A stretch of DNA of 64,000 nt from Desulfurococcaceae archaeon (GTDB taxonomy: Archaea; Thermoproteota; Thermoprotei_A; Sulfolobales; Desulfurococcaceae). Shown piece by piece: positions 8,501 through 19,007 of this stretch. Position numbers and translations under genes: made by a program. Numbering within the stretch: the first letter of the stretch is position 1; every line of letters begins with the position of its first letter. The stretch is from assembly GCA_038816475.1 (NCBI GenBank), contig JAWBAI010000002.1, forward strand, positions 32,001 to 96,000, in the 5' to 3' direction. Below the pieces are notes generated by a model. The model had not been told where the DNA came from, made no database searches, and saw nothing but the letters and a program-made list of their open reading frames with translations.

Positions 8501-8797
8501 CTACTGTACATGCTCGAACGTCTGAGAGCTCCGAATTCTAATTAGAGCGTTTTTGATTATCTCTATCAAGTAGCCTTCTTCACCGGGTAGTCCACTACCA
8601 ACATAGTAGCCTTCCACGTAGAGTTCGGGCTCTTCACACTCAGCATCTGCAACCACTACTTCAACAGGTTCACCCGTTTCCTGCTCGATAATACCCTTGA
8701 TCTCGAGAACCCAGCTGAAGAGAGTGAACCTCTCGTAGTTGTTTCTTCCCCTAACAACGATCTTCACTACCATGATAACTCCGCTACTCATCTGCAT
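8501..8797 (-). CDS. Hypothetical protein, possible Cys-less thioredoxin-like fold
   Basis: 98-aa ORF filling the gap; PELYVEG...GLP...LIEIIK pattern. Confidence 0.55.
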   Translation of the reverse strand: MQMSSGVIMVVKIVVRGRNNYERFTLFSWVLEIKGIIEQETGEPVEVVVADAECEEPELYVEGYYVGSGLPGEEGYLIEIIKNALIRIRSSQTFEHVQ

Positions 8798-8882
8798 TTT
8801 AGGTAGTCACAGATGTTTATCTAAGCGAAACACCTTATTTCTTACAGCTAGTTAATAATTTGCACTGTGCTGGTGTACAAGC

Positions 8883-9974
8883 TTGAAGAAGGTTCTAGCC
8901 GTGGGTATTGGTAGAGTTGGGTTCAGAACAATGCTCTTTCTAAGAGAGCTTATCGGGGATCTCCACGTGTACGCTGTTGATGCTGATCCTGCAAGATTAG
9001 AACAAGCTAAAATGCTGGAAGGTGTAGAAGTGTACAGGTACGAGCCAGGACTACTTGGTAAACTCGGGAAGGAAGTAGACCTAGCAGTTACAGCGCTACC
9101 ATCTGCCGTAGCGTTTAGGGGAATCCTCGAGCTTGCTACTCGCTGTGTGAACATTGTAGATGTATCCTTCTTTGCTGAAGACCCCTACACCTTGGAAAAG
9201 ATCGTTGAAGACTGCGGAAGCGTACTCGTAGTTGATGCTGGTTTTGCACCAGGGTACAGCAACCTGGTGGTTGGCTACACCTACCATCAGCTGAAGCTAA
9301 ACGAGAGCATTGAGATCGCCGTTGGAGGGATACCGGAAAAACCAGTACCACCGCTAGGCTATGTTGTAACGTGGAATCCCCGGGACCTCTTAGAGGAGTA
9401 CACGAGATCTGCTAGGTACGTTGTGAACTATGAGGTGAAAACAGCGAAACCAGTTGAATCAGTTGAGAAAGTTTACATCAAAGAGCTTGGAGTGTTCGAG
9501 GGCTTCGTAAGCGATGGACTGAGAACAATGATCAGGAACATAAGAGCTAAGAACATGAGAGAGCTCACGATCAGGTGGCCTGGTCACATGAGCTCGATCA
9601 AGCTCCTCCACGACCTAGGCTTCCTAGACTCAACCGAGGTAGAAGTCAACGGTGTAAGGATCAAACCTATAGATTTCACTGCTAAGGTTCTAGAGAAATC
9701 TCTCGTAGCCAGCGTAAACGACATCGCTGTTCTCCAGGTAGTAGCTAGAGGTGAAAAGGGGTACTACAGAGAGCTTGCTTTACTCAGGGGGACCCCAAAT
9801 GAGCCAGCTACACCAGTGTTCACAGCACTCGTACACTCATATACAGCTAAGATTGCTTTGGAGAACGGGCTAAAACCCGGTATTATACCTCTTGAGCAAA
9901 TGCACATGTTCAAGAACGAGTACGAGGAGTACTTGACCAGGAAGGGTGTTTTCATAGTTAAGGAGCAAACCTAG
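8883..9974 (+). CDS. Saccharopine dehydrogenase / lysine 6-dehydrogenase family protein
   Basis: GIGRVG Rossmann motif, DAGFAPGYSN, TWNP.DL.EEY, SDGLRT, TIRWPGH. Confidence 0.8.
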   Translation: MKKVLAVGIGRVGFRTMLFLRELIGDLHVYAVDADPARLEQAKMLEGVEVYRYEPGLLGKLGKEVDLAVTALPSAVAFRGILELATRCVNIVDVSFFAEDPYTLEKIVEDCGSVLVVDAGFAPGYSNLVVGYTYHQLKLNESIEIAVGGIPEKPVPPLGYVVTWNPRDLLEEYTRSARYVVNYEVKTAKPVESVEKVYIKELGVFEGFVSDGLRTMIRNIRAKNMRELTIRWPGHMSSIKLLHDLGFLDSTEVEVNGVRIKPIDFTAKVLEKSLVASVNDIAVLQVVARGEKGYYRELALLRGTPNEPATPVFTALVHSYTAKIALENGLKPGIIPLEQMHMFKNEYEEYLTRKGVFIVKEQT

Positions 9975-9975
9975 G

Positions 9976-11808
9976 CTACTCCACTGTAACGGTTTTAGCC
10001 AAATTCCTTGGCTTATCCGGGTCTAGACCCTTTTCAACTGCCACGTAGTACGCTAGCAATTGTAAGGGTGGTGTGTGCGTTATTGGGGATACTACTCGGT
10101 GAGCTCGTGGAACCTCCATTACGTAATCGAACACTCCTGCTATTCTGCAACCCTTGTAAACAACGCCTATGGTTAATGCACCTCTAGCCTTCATCTCCAT
10201 GACATTGTTCAGCATCATGCTCTCTAACACCGGCTCCGGTGGTACAACGAAGACTACTGGGAAACCGGGTTCAACCAGAGCTATTGGTCCATGCTTAGAC
10301 TCACCAGCTGGGTAAGCCTCCGCGTGAATGTAAGCGATCTCCTTGATCTTCAGTGCACCTTCACGTGCGATGGGAAGCCCTACTCCTCTACTCAGGTAGT
10401 ATATGCTTTTGGTGTTGGCAAGTATCTTTGCCAGCTCTCTGGCTTTACCCTTGTTCACCTCGAGAGACTCCTCGACGAGCTCAGGAGAGTTCTCTATTGC
10501 CATTAACACCTCGTTGATCTCTTGTTCGGGAACAGACCTTCTCTTCATTATCTCGGCGATCAGCATGCTAAGCGCGAGAACCTGTGCCGTGAACGTCTTG
10601 GTTGCAGCAACGCCGATCTCCGGTGAAGTTCTCGTGTATATTGCAATATCGCTTTCTCTCGGAATAGCGGAGTCTACCACATTTGAAACGGCTATTACTC
10701 GAGCACCCTTCTCCTTGAACTTTCTCACGGTCTTGAGAACATCCATTGTTTCACCACTTTGACTTACAGCTATTAAGACATCTCCCTTACCAGCTGTTCT
10801 CGAGTAGAGCTCGCCCTCGCTGGCTATGAAGGGTACAACAAGCTCACCAAGCAAGTCGTACAACGCAAGTGCAAAGAACTCAGAGGCGTGGTAACTTGTT
10901 CCAGCTCCAGTTATGTACACTCTTTCAGCCGATTCCAGTATCTCCACAACCTCTTCTACCGCCCAGTCACTCCTTAATCCAGCAAGAGTATTGCGAAGAG
11001 ACCTTGGCTGCTCAAATATCTCTTTGAGCATGAAGTGCTCATACCCCTCCTTCTCGGCAACCTCCATGCTCCACTCGACTATTCTTACAAGCTTCTCATA
11101 CTCCACTATTCCTCCCGTAGTGAGGTCCTCGACGTACACCTCTCGTGGTGTAATGTAACCAACCCAGTTGTCTCTCAGAACGAGCACTTTTCTAGTGTGG
11201 TCTAGAAGAGCGGGTATATCACTAGCAACGATGTTGTAGTCGTTCGCAAACCCAACAACGAGAGGACTGTCCTTCTTGGCAAAGAACAGCTTGTTGCTTT
11301 CAAGCGGAGTTATCATTAGTATAGCGTAGGCTCCCTTTAGCGCTTTAACTGCTTCCTTGAAGGCTGTGTACACATCTCGGTAAATACTGTAGAATTCCTC
11401 TACGAGGTGAGGTATGACTTCAGTATCGGTTTGACTCCTAAACACGTGCCCCTTTTGAAGAAGCTGTTGCTTTAACTCATGGTAGTTCTCAATTATGCCA
11501 TTGTGCACAACGGTGAATAGTCCATTGCAGTCGCTGTGCGGATGAGCATTCTCGTCCGTGGGCGGCCCATGAGTAGCCCACCGCGTATGACCAATACCAA
11601 GACTTCCAGCAAGCTGAGTAAACTTGAGCCTTGATTCCAGTTCCATCAGCTTGCCTTTACCCTTGAGCACTACTACTCCATCCCTGGCTAGAACAGCTAT
11701 ACCAGCTGAGTCGTAACCCCTGTACTCCAACCGCAGAAGTCCTCTGTAGAGTAGCTCACCCAGCCTGCTGTTGGATCCAGAGAAGCATAAGCCTATTATT
11801 CCGCACAT
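9976..11808 (-). CDS. glmS: Glutamine--fructose-6-phosphate aminotransferase
   Basis: MCGIIG N-terminal Cys, LEYRGYDSAG, GHTRWATHG, SQSGET, KHGP, PRNLAKTVTVE. Confidence 0.97.
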   Translation of the reverse strand: MCGIIGLCFSGSNSRLGELLYRGLLRLEYRGYDSAGIAVLARDGVVVLKGKGKLMELESRLKFTQLAGSLGIGHTRWATHGPPTDENAHPHSDCNGLFTVVHNGIIENYHELKQQLLQKGHVFRSQTDTEVIPHLVEEFYSIYRDVYTAFKEAVKALKGAYAILMITPLESNKLFFAKKDSPLVVGFANDYNIVASDIPALLDHTRKVLVLRDNWVGYITPREVYVEDLTTGGIVEYEKLVRIVEWSMEVAEKEGYEHFMLKEIFEQPRSLRNTLAGLRSDWAVEEVVEILESAERVYITGAGTSYHASEFFALALYDLLGELVVPFIASEGELYSRTAGKGDVLIAVSQSGETMDVLKTVRKFKEKGARVIAVSNVVDSAIPRESDIAIYTRTSPEIGVAATKTFTAQVLALSMLIAEIMKRRSVPEQEINEVLMAIENSPELVEESLEVNKGKARELAKILANTKSIYYLSRGVGLPIAREGALKIKEIAYIHAEAYPAGESKHGPIALVEPGFPVVFVVPPEPVLESMMLNNVMEMKARGALTIGVVYKGCRIAGVFDYVMEVPRAHRVVSPITHTPPLQLLAYYVAVEKGLDPDKPRNLAKTVTVE

Positions 11809-11870
11809 TTCGTTAATCCTCTGCTGTAGTATTATATTAGATTCTGGACTATATTAGTGTGGGTGTTCCG

Positions 11871-12554
11871 ATGAAGAACAACGCCAGCATAGTCTTGAAG
11901 ATAACTGGAAGAGCCTTCGATGATGAACCAGACATGCTCGCTAGATACATTTCAGTGTTCAAGAAACTACTCGAGAAGTACAAAATGGTTGTTGTAACAG
12001 GCGGTGGAAGAATCGCCCGCAGGTACATTGACCTGCTAAGACAGGCCGGACTTGAGTCCAACTATTGGCTGGACACGATCGGCATATGGGTATCTAGACT
12101 GAACGCTTTTCTACTAGTGGCGGCACTGAGCCCGTACACTTATCCAAGACCAGCAACCAGCATCGAGGAAGCTGTCACAGCGCTTGGTTCCTTCAAGGCT
12201 GTGATTATGGGAGGATTGATACCGGGTCAATCAACAGCGTCTGTTCTGCTCCAGGTAGCTGAAGCCTTGGGTGTTAGGAGAGTTTACTACTACTCAGCTG
12301 TAGGTAAGGTCTACACGAAGGATCCCTCCAGGTACCCGGACGCTGAACCTCTTTCAACAATTACAGCTAGTGAGCTCAAGAAAATGCTAGAGCAAAGCCT
12401 ACTACCAGGAGAGTACGCTCTCATCGATACTAAAGCTCTGGACCTTGCAATAAGGAGCAATATCACGATACAAGTGTTGTTCTACAGAGAACCCGAACAG
12501 CTCCTTAGAGCGCTGGAGGGAGAAAACCCGGGAACAGTGATAATACCAAGGTAA
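11871..12554 (+). CDS. pyrH: UMP kinase
   Basis: VLKITG, VTGGGRIAR, MGGLIPGQST, VYTKDP, GENPGT. Confidence 0.92.
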   Translation: MKNNASIVLKITGRAFDDEPDMLARYISVFKKLLEKYKMVVVTGGGRIARRYIDLLRQAGLESNYWLDTIGIWVSRLNAFLLVAALSPYTYPRPATSIEEAVTALGSFKAVIMGGLIPGQSTASVLLQVAEALGVRRVYYYSAVGKVYTKDPSRYPDAEPLSTITASELKKMLEQSLLPGEYALIDTKALDLAIRSNITIQVLFYREPEQLLRALEGENPGTVIIPR

Positions 12555-12593
12555 CTCGTCAACCTCGAAACTGGTAGGTAATCCAAGTTCAAG

Positions 12594-13808
12594 CTAACCC
12601 GAGTAGGGAGCGTCAGGACACGCTTTTGTTAGTAGTGACTGCATCAACTCGATGTACTTAACTCCGTGGTCTGGGATTACAGCAACCACATCGCCTTCAA
12701 CTTCACCGCTTTCGATAAGCTCGTTCAAAGCATAAATCACAGCTCCTCCGCTAAAGCCGATTAGTATTCCATCCTTTCTAGCCACGTGAATAATACCTTG
12801 AAAAGCCTCCTCCAATGATACATCAACCACTTTGTCGATCTTCGCTATGCGTAGCCATTTCATCCCGGTTTCAACTCTCCTGATACCAGGTATGGAGGAT
12901 TCCCCGCTTGGTTGAACAGCGAATACCTTTACGTTCTCATAGCGGTTCTTGAAGTACACCGATATAGCAGAAACATGTCCAGATGTTCCAAGCCCACCGA
13001 TAATGGCGCTTGGTTTAACTCCAACGCTTCTAAGCTGGTAGTCTATCTCCTTTGCAGTGTACTTGAGGTGTACTATAAAGTTGAGGTCGTTTTCAAACTG
13101 GTTCAAAACCACTGCTCCATCGCGTGCTGCTTCAAGAAGCACAGAGTTTACCATGGCTGTTGTTATAGGAACGTTCTTTCTCACAACCTCAGCACCCATT
13201 GTTGCGAACACGTAGTCCATGCACTTCTGCGTCGTGTAAGGTAAGTAGACTCTGATCTTTAAACCATAGTAGTTCGCTAAGCCAACGAGTCCTAGCCCCG
13301 TGTTAGCTGAGGTGGGCTCATATATGGTCTTACCACTACTCAGGTAACCCGCTTTAATGGCGTTCACAAGCATGTACCAGGCAGTTCTATCCTTTATGCT
13401 CAGGCTAAACGGATGATACCACTCAAGTTTAGCCCATACACGTACTTTGCTATTACTTAAGGACTTCAGCTTAACGAGAGGTGTTGGTAAGTCCCTGGCA
13501 ACGAGACTCACAACGCTATCGTACACCCTCACGGGATTGCCTCTTACATTGTGAAACACGTCTAGTTCATCCAGAGAAACCTCTAGTTTCATTTCATCCA
13601 TATGATCTGCTATTGGTACATACCTTGTTCCCAGAGACCAGAGCACACTAAACAATTTAGAGTCTTCTTCCGTAGGAGAAGAGCTTTTGCCGAGCATTAA
13701 AGGCCTTGTTTTCCACTTCCTAATGGTGATCTCGAGTAGTTCGATGTACTCCTCTAGTGGTAGTAATCTTGTTTCGGTTTCTAGTTCCTCCACATCTACG
13801 AACTTCAT
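12594..13808 (-). CDS. cysO: PLP-dependent cysteine synthase, Aeropyrum-type O-phosphoserine sulfhydrylase
   Basis: AKLEWYHPFSLSIKDR (PLP Lys), GLGTSGH, SIPGIRRVETGM; ~100-aa N-terminal extension as in A. pernix OPSS. Confidence 0.8.
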   Translation of the reverse strand: MKFVDVEELETETRLLPLEEYIELLEITIRKWKTRPLMLGKSSSPTEEDSKLFSVLWSLGTRYVPIADHMDEMKLEVSLDELDVFHNVRGNPVRVYDSVVSLVARDLPTPLVKLKSLSNSKVRVWAKLEWYHPFSLSIKDRTAWYMLVNAIKAGYLSSGKTIYEPTSANTGLGLVGLANYYGLKIRVYLPYTTQKCMDYVFATMGAEVVRKNVPITTAMVNSVLLEAARDGAVVLNQFENDLNFIVHLKYTAKEIDYQLRSVGVKPSAIIGGLGTSGHVSAISVYFKNRYENVKVFAVQPSGESSIPGIRRVETGMKWLRIAKIDKVVDVSLEEAFQGIIHVARKDGILIGFSGGAVIYALNELIESGEVEGDVVAVIPDHGVKYIELMQSLLTKACPDAPYSG

Positions 13809-13905
13809 GCACAAACCCAATCAATGCCCAATTCGAGCTCCGAAAAACTCAAAGTATTACAAGCGGGTTAAAGATTCCGTAAACTCACAGCAATACAGGT
13901 GAGCT

Positions 13906-14613
13906 TCAGCGTAATTCGAGCTTCCTTAAAACTCTTCTGATAAGATAGTACAAGACTTTGGCTTCGTACACCGAAGGCCTTGAACGATAGATCAACCTGC
14001 GTGCAACAACAAAGCATCTCTCCTTTTTATCGCTCGAGGTAATCGACCGCTCGATCACCTCCCTTAATGAATGCACAATCTTGTCCAGGTCCTCACGGGT
14101 TGCCCTTGGAGGTATGTTTACCGGTTCAACTTTTCTCGTTCTCCTCCAGATCTCCCAGAGGAATATTGCAACAGCTTGACTAACGTTCAACACAGGATAC
14201 TCAGGTTCAGCAGGTATAGTCACTAGGAAATCCGCCTTAGCAAGCTCATCTCTCGTTAAACCAGTGCTTTCTCTTCCGAATATTAACGCGATCTTGTTTA
14301 CCCTTGGAACAACTTTCCCTATGAACTCTTCTATGGATACAGCCTGACGAAGAAAGTCCCCCTCGCTATAGCCAATAGCACTTGTAGCTACAGACACATC
14401 AACCCCCTCCAGGGCTTTATCGAGACTATCCACTATGACGCTACCTAACAACAGTTCTTTTCCGCGAGCCGAGTATCTCAACGCTTCTTCTATGCTTGCA
14501 ACGGGGTTGACAAGGTAAAGCTCTTTTACTCCAAAGTTTACACATGTACGTGCTATCACTCCAAGATTAACAGCTCCCTCTACTCCAACGAGTACTACTC
14601 TAACGTTAATCAA
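13906..14613 (-). CDS. trmJ: SPOUT tRNA (cytidine32-2'-O)-methyltransferase, TrmJ family
   Basis: NLGVIAR..NFG, FGRESTGL, IPA.PEYPVLNVSQAV. Confidence 0.88.
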   Translation of the reverse strand: MINVRVVLVGVEGAVNLGVIARTCVNFGVKELYLVNPVASIEEALRYSARGKELLLGSVIVDSLDKALEGVDVSVATSAIGYSEGDFLRQAVSIEEFIGKVVPRVNKIALIFGRESTGLTRDELAKADFLVTIPAEPEYPVLNVSQAVAIFLWEIWRRTRKVEPVNIPPRATREDLDKIVHSLREVIERSITSSDKKERCFVVARRLIYRSRPSVYEAKVLYYLIRRVLRKLELR

Positions 14614-15188
14614 AGCTTCACACACCTAGATGCAATTAGTGTTTCGTAGAAGAAGTGCTTGTGCATAGTATCGACTACGCGAAATCCGTGTAGTTCTAGG
14701 TAGCGTTCAACAACCTCGGGTTTAGACAAACTAGACCACACAATGAACAGTTCTTTTCCGGGTTTCAGAACACTCGATACGTATTCCAAGAAGTACAGTA
14801 TAATCTCATACCCCTCGATACCACCCTCTGTTGCAATGTCTACGATCGTAGAGCTATACGCGGGTAGGTAAGGTGGATTCGCTAGTACAATATCAGCTAC
14901 ACCATTCCTCAACGATATCGCATCGCTTAGAACTACGAGGGATCTGTGAAATACGTTATTCAAAAACACATTAACTTTAATCGATGCAACCGCGTCCTCT
15001 GAAACATCGATAAAAATAACTCTATCGCAATAGCCGTTGAGCAAAGTATACAATCCCAGAACACCGCTTCCAGCTCCGAGATCTACACAGAGCTCGCCGC
15101 GCGGGTTAACTGCATCTATGAGATCTATCAATAGCCACGTATCATCACTTGGTCTGTAAACGTCTCCCAGGTACTCAAGCTTAGGCAT
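14610..15188 (-). CDS. HemK/PrmC-type protein glutamine methyltransferase
   Basis: VYRPSDDT, DLGAGSG, ANPPY motif; conserved position next to ksgA. Confidence 0.85.
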   Translation of the reverse strand: MPKLEYLGDVYRPSDDTWLLIDLIDAVNPRGELCVDLGAGSGVLGLYTLLNGYCDRVIFIDVSEDAVASIKVNVFLNNVFHRSLVVLSDAISLRNGVADIVLANPPYLPAYSSTIVDIATEGGIEGYEIILYFLEYVSSVLKPGKELFIVWSSLSKPEVVERYLELHGFRVVDTMHKHFFYETLIASRCVKL

Positions 15189-15190
15189 GA

Positions 15191-16024
15191 TCAAGTTACA
15201 ACACCTTTCTCCCGCAACGTGCAAGCAAGCTCGTAGAAGTCGCGCGGATGGAGAGAAAACACTCTTTTACCCATTAGTCTTCTACCAACTTCACCCAGTT
15301 CACGTATGTCTACGTGAAAAAGCTCGCTAAGCACTTTGTCGATTATACGCTTACGCTGCGTAAAAAGCTTCTTTGTAACCTCTTCCATCATCTTCACGTT
15401 TTCATCGTAGTTCATCCTTCTATTCAACAGTACTACCTGGTGATATACACTAGGTTTGGGGTAGAAGGAGCTGGGTGGATAGACTCCTCCTGCTTCAACA
15501 TTGAATAGAAGTTTAACGAGCACGGTTATTTTCCCGTAGTTTCTTCCGCCTGGTTCCGAGGTTATTCTTTCGCACACCTCCTTTTGTAGAGTAAGTACTG
15601 CTCTCTCAACAGTGTTCTCTCTAGCCAGCTTAATGATAATGTCGGATGTTATATGGTATGGTAGGTTAGATACAACTTGCTTTACGATGAAAGGGGTTTT
15701 CCTAGCATCACCCTGTACTACCGTGAACCTGGGTGAGTTTACAACTTCGCTTGCGATTTTACACAGCTTCTCGTCTATTTCTATACAAACAAGGCTCTTC
15801 ACTCGAGTGAGTAGAGGCAAGGAGAGTGTTCCAATACCGCATCCTATTTCGAGAGTCTCGCAGGGTTTAACGTTCGATAGTATCTCTGTAATAAGCCTTG
15901 GATCAACGACGAAGTTTTGACTAAGCTTTTTACGGGGTTTAAAACCGTATTTCCCGAGAACTTCCTTAGTCCATGATCTAAGCTTTAGTTCACTCCATGA
16001 TGCCTGATTAAAATAGTTCTCCAT
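15191..16024 (-). CDS. rsmA: 16S rRNA dimethyladenosine transferase KsgA/Dim1
   Basis: LSQNF, LEIGCGIG, SNLPYHI, FYPKP.V. Confidence 0.92.
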   Translation of the reverse strand: MENYFNQASWSELKLRSWTKEVLGKYGFKPRKKLSQNFVVDPRLITEILSNVKPCETLEIGCGIGTLSLPLLTRVKSLVCIEIDEKLCKIASEVVNSPRFTVVQGDARKTPFIVKQVVSNLPYHITSDIIIKLARENTVERAVLTLQKEVCERITSEPGGRNYGKITVLVKLLFNVEAGGVYPPSSFYPKPSVYHQVVLLNRRMNYDENVKMMEEVTKKLFTQRKRIIDKVLSELFHVDIRELGEVGRRLMGKRVFSLHPRDFYELACTLREKGVVT

Positions 16025-16649
16025 GCAGTTTCTCCAGGTATCCCAGGTAAACACCTGTCTGGTCTCGTGGTCTTATAAACAAGTAGTACTTTTCTCCACC
16101 AGCAAGCTCTCTAATGATTCTTTCAACAAGAACCTTAACTGGGTCTATTTTGACTCTTTCTTTTATTTCATCAAAGCTACGAAACCTCTGCTTGCTTCTA
16201 GCCTCCAGAACAGCGCTCATCGTTTTTCTGCCGACCTCTGGAAGCAACTCGAGTGCATGTAGTCTTATGTTTATAGGTTCAGCCATGTTAAAGAACTCTA
16301 CAAATACCTTTTCGTTCTCCAGGATTATTCTCTTAATAGCCTCTGGTAGGTTAGACCTGGCAACAGCTGTCAGCTCATTGTAGGTTATCAGCACTATTCT
16401 CTTGAGCTTACTAGGATAACTTAGGTCTACTTTCTCAAGAATATCTATTTTCACCCCGATCAGCGGAGTTGCCTCTAGCAAGGTAAAGTACCTTGTTCCA
16501 ATGCACTGAACGAAAGGCTGATTCCTGTGCTCGTAGTGCACATCGGAGGGATTACCTAGCTCTAGGTAATCAAGTACATACACGTACTGCTCATAGCGAT
16601 GTCCAGGTCTTGAAAAGTGCCTATGTTCTCGAGGTGAATATCTGTACAA
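16008..16649 (-). CDS. DUF655 family putative RNA-binding protein
   Basis: YVLDYL, FTLLE, RLHALELLP.VG, KYYLF; canonical position between rpo4 and ksgA. Confidence 0.85.
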   Translation of the reverse strand: MYRYSPREHRHFSRPGHRYEQYVYVLDYLELGNPSDVHYEHRNQPFVQCIGTRYFTLLEATPLIGVKIDILEKVDLSYPSKLKRIVLITYNELTAVARSNLPEAIKRIILENEKVFVEFFNMAEPINIRLHALELLPEVGRKTMSAVLEARSKQRFRSFDEIKERVKIDPVKVLVERIIRELAGGEKYYLFIRPRDQTGVYLGYLEKLHGELF

Positions 16650-16700
16650 GCTAAAAGCCCTCCACCGAGTACTAAAACATAACTCTACTGTGTAAAAAAT

Positions 16701-17072
16701 CTACTCCTTTTCGCTTAAGCAGTATTCATTGAGAGTGTTCAGCACGTCCTCGAGAATGCTTGTTTCGTAAACTTTATCCTCGAATTCCATTAGTGCACGG
16801 AGTTCATCGAGGCTCCGAGGGCAGGTGTTCATAATTAAAACCACTGTTTCCTCCTTGAAGCCTTTGAGAAGAAGCTTTTCTCTGAGTTCCTCGGCTTTCT
16901 CGATGGGTATCTTAGAGAACTTAGATAAGTACTCGAGTACACGGGACGCCAGTAAGGGAACTGTACCAGTTGTTTCCTTGGTTCTCTCAACGTACTTTTT
17001 CAGGTGCGCTAAAGCTTCGGGATTGGAAAGCATTCTTACACTATCCGGTTTTACCTTAACAGGTGTTGACAC
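16701..17072 (-). CDS. rpo4: RNA polymerase subunit Rpo4 (F)
   Basis: LEYLSKFSK, CPRSLDELR; synteny with eL21. Confidence 0.85.
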   Translation of the reverse strand: MSTPVKVKPDSVRMLSNPEALAHLKKYVERTKETTGTVPLLASRVLEYLSKFSKIPIEKAEELREKLLLKGFKEETVVLIMNTCPRSLDELRALMEFEDKVYETSILEDVLNTLNEYCLSEKE

Positions 17073-17105
17073 AAGTACCCACCTTATAAACTTGCAGTAC
17101 CTGCT

Positions 17106-17459
17106 TTACTCAGCGTGAGCTTCAACTTCAGTCTGAGCCGTAGCTCTTACATTCGCTTGGTACTCAGCTGGTCTAAGATGTTCTGGTCTTACATACAACG
17201 TTTTTTCCTTATCGCCCAGCATAACCTTCACAATGTAGCACTTACCTCTAGTTCCAACAACAACCCCTGTTTTACCGTGAAACCTTCTGTGAGGCATCCC
17301 CTTGTGTACCGAGGGGTTTATAACTATGTGAACTTTATCACCAGGTTTGTATTTAATCATGAGCAAACTCAGCGGTGGCACAATTCCACGTTCTCTAACA
17401 CTCTTCTTCAGTAGCTTCCTCGTTCTATGCCTTAACCCTTTGGGTGCTTTAACCAACAA
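17106..17459 (-). CDS. rpl21e: 50S ribosomal protein eL21
   Basis: GLRHRTR, KGMPHRRFHGKTG, RPEHL. Confidence 0.96.
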   Translation of the reverse strand: MLVKAPKGLRHRTRKLLKKSVRERGIVPPLSLLMIKYKPGDKVHIVINPSVHKGMPHRRFHGKTGVVVGTRGKCYIVKVMLGDKEKTLYVRPEHLRPAEYQANVRATAQTEVEAHAE

Positions 17460-17563
17460 TGTTCACCTAAACTCTTGAGCATTCAGCTAAATTACCCTAT
17501 ACTATCGCATCTTATAAAGTATTTCACATCGTTCCATACATAAACAGCGCATAGCTTATGGTC

Positions 17564-18916
17564 TCACTCTTCTACACTAACAACATCCAATTCCAACGGA
17601 AGCAGCTGCTTTCCTAGAACGCCCGCGAAGCAGGGAATGGTTCTACCCTGATCGCAGTGTACAAGTTCCTTAACGTAGAGTCCCCCATCGCAGTATACCA
17701 GTGTTTCAAAAATCCTCGGCGAAATCTGGTAGGTTTTAACAATGTAAACCTTTCGTATTCTTTCTTTTTCTTTCTTTCTTCTGAGAACGCGAAGTGGTGT
17801 TTTCTGCCTAATAGTAATGTTCCTAAAGTATTCCTCTAGTAGTCGAAGCTCCTCTGGTGTAACCGGAGAGTTCAACGAGTACACAACCAACCTGTAGATC
17901 TTCTTCTTTCTAGATAGCTCTTTGACTAACCTAACGTCTTTTCTCGAAGAATAATTAAAGAGGGCGAGTTTTACAGGGCATTCTTTCAACCTTTCATACA
18001 AGAGTTTGTTCAAATCGGAGATTTCGACATCACGAACCATGGGTTTTTTAACCTCTAGTACAAGAGGCCTACCTGTTCCTATCATCCTTGCATCCACATC
18101 TTCTCTGCCAGCAGCGTGTACAACGATATTCTCAGCTTTGAACACGTCAATTAGAGCGCGTTCCACGGCCTCCTGAACGCTAAGAGAGTATTTCTTTAAC
18201 CCCTGCTTAGTGTACCAGGGAACATGCGAGATCCTTCTTCCATGCTTCCAGTAAAGACCCTTAATGTAGATTGGAGCAGGTTGAACCTCCACGTGATACA
18301 CAAAGTTCTTGTCCACGTGTACAATGGCAACAGCATCTGCTCTCGTAAAGTCCGGTTCGAGCCCACACACCTCTCTCACCTGCTTACCAACCTCCCTCTT
18401 AAGCTCTCGCTTAATAGATTCCGCCGTTGAAAGCCCGTACTTTGTTGTTAATTCAAGCTCTCTCGCAAAGATATCACTACTTAGTACAACACCTATGAGA
18501 AAGGATCTGGCTGAGTACTTCGTAAGCTCTTTACACACATCTATGGCTATCCTACCTAGTAGATCACGTGTAAAATTGCCTCCACATATGTAACAGGGTC
18601 TCGCCACCAGGCTAGTGTCTCCGAACACCTTTTTGTACATCGAGAGAACACCTTCACCCGCGTTCAACGCTATCGCACGAATGCGATCATCAGTGCTCCT
18701 TTCACCACGCATGTACTCGTCGTAAAGCTTTATTGCTAGAATAGTCTTCACCGCTAAACCACGCTCCCAGTTCGTTAACCCCTTACCATACTGCGAGAAC
18801 AACCTACCTAAGCAACTATTGCAAAGAGGGTACTCGTAAAGTACTTGCTCGGCTTTTTTAAGCATGTTCTCCAGTAAATGCATGAAGTTTCTGCCTGAAT
18901 CTCCAATTTCACTCAC
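17564..18916 (-). CDS. pus10: tRNA pseudouridine(54/55) synthase Pus10
   Basis: LCNSCLGR, CYIC zinc site, HAAGREDVDARMIG.GRP, QKTPLRV, GGLYVKELV. Confidence 0.93.
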   Translation of the reverse strand: MSEIGDSGRNFMHLLENMLKKAEQVLYEYPLCNSCLGRLFSQYGKGLTNWERGLAVKTILAIKLYDEYMRGERSTDDRIRAIALNAGEGVLSMYKKVFGDTSLVARPCYICGGNFTRDLLGRIAIDVCKELTKYSARSFLIGVVLSSDIFARELELTTKYGLSTAESIKRELKREVGKQVREVCGLEPDFTRADAVAIVHVDKNFVYHVEVQPAPIYIKGLYWKHGRRISHVPWYTKQGLKKYSLSVQEAVERALIDVFKAENIVVHAAGREDVDARMIGTGRPLVLEVKKPMVRDVEISDLNKLLYERLKECPVKLALFNYSSRKDVRLVKELSRKKKIYRLVVYSLNSPVTPEELRLLEEYFRNITIRQKTPLRVLRRKKEKERIRKVYIVKTYQISPRIFETLVYCDGGLYVKELVHCDQGRTIPCFAGVLGKQLLPLELDVVSVEE

Positions 18917-19007
18917 AGGTAACCACCACGCTACTCTGACAGTTCTGATAATCTAGTATACACGTCTCTTCCAACTATGAGGGTCTACACAGGGGTATTT
19001 GGTAGGA

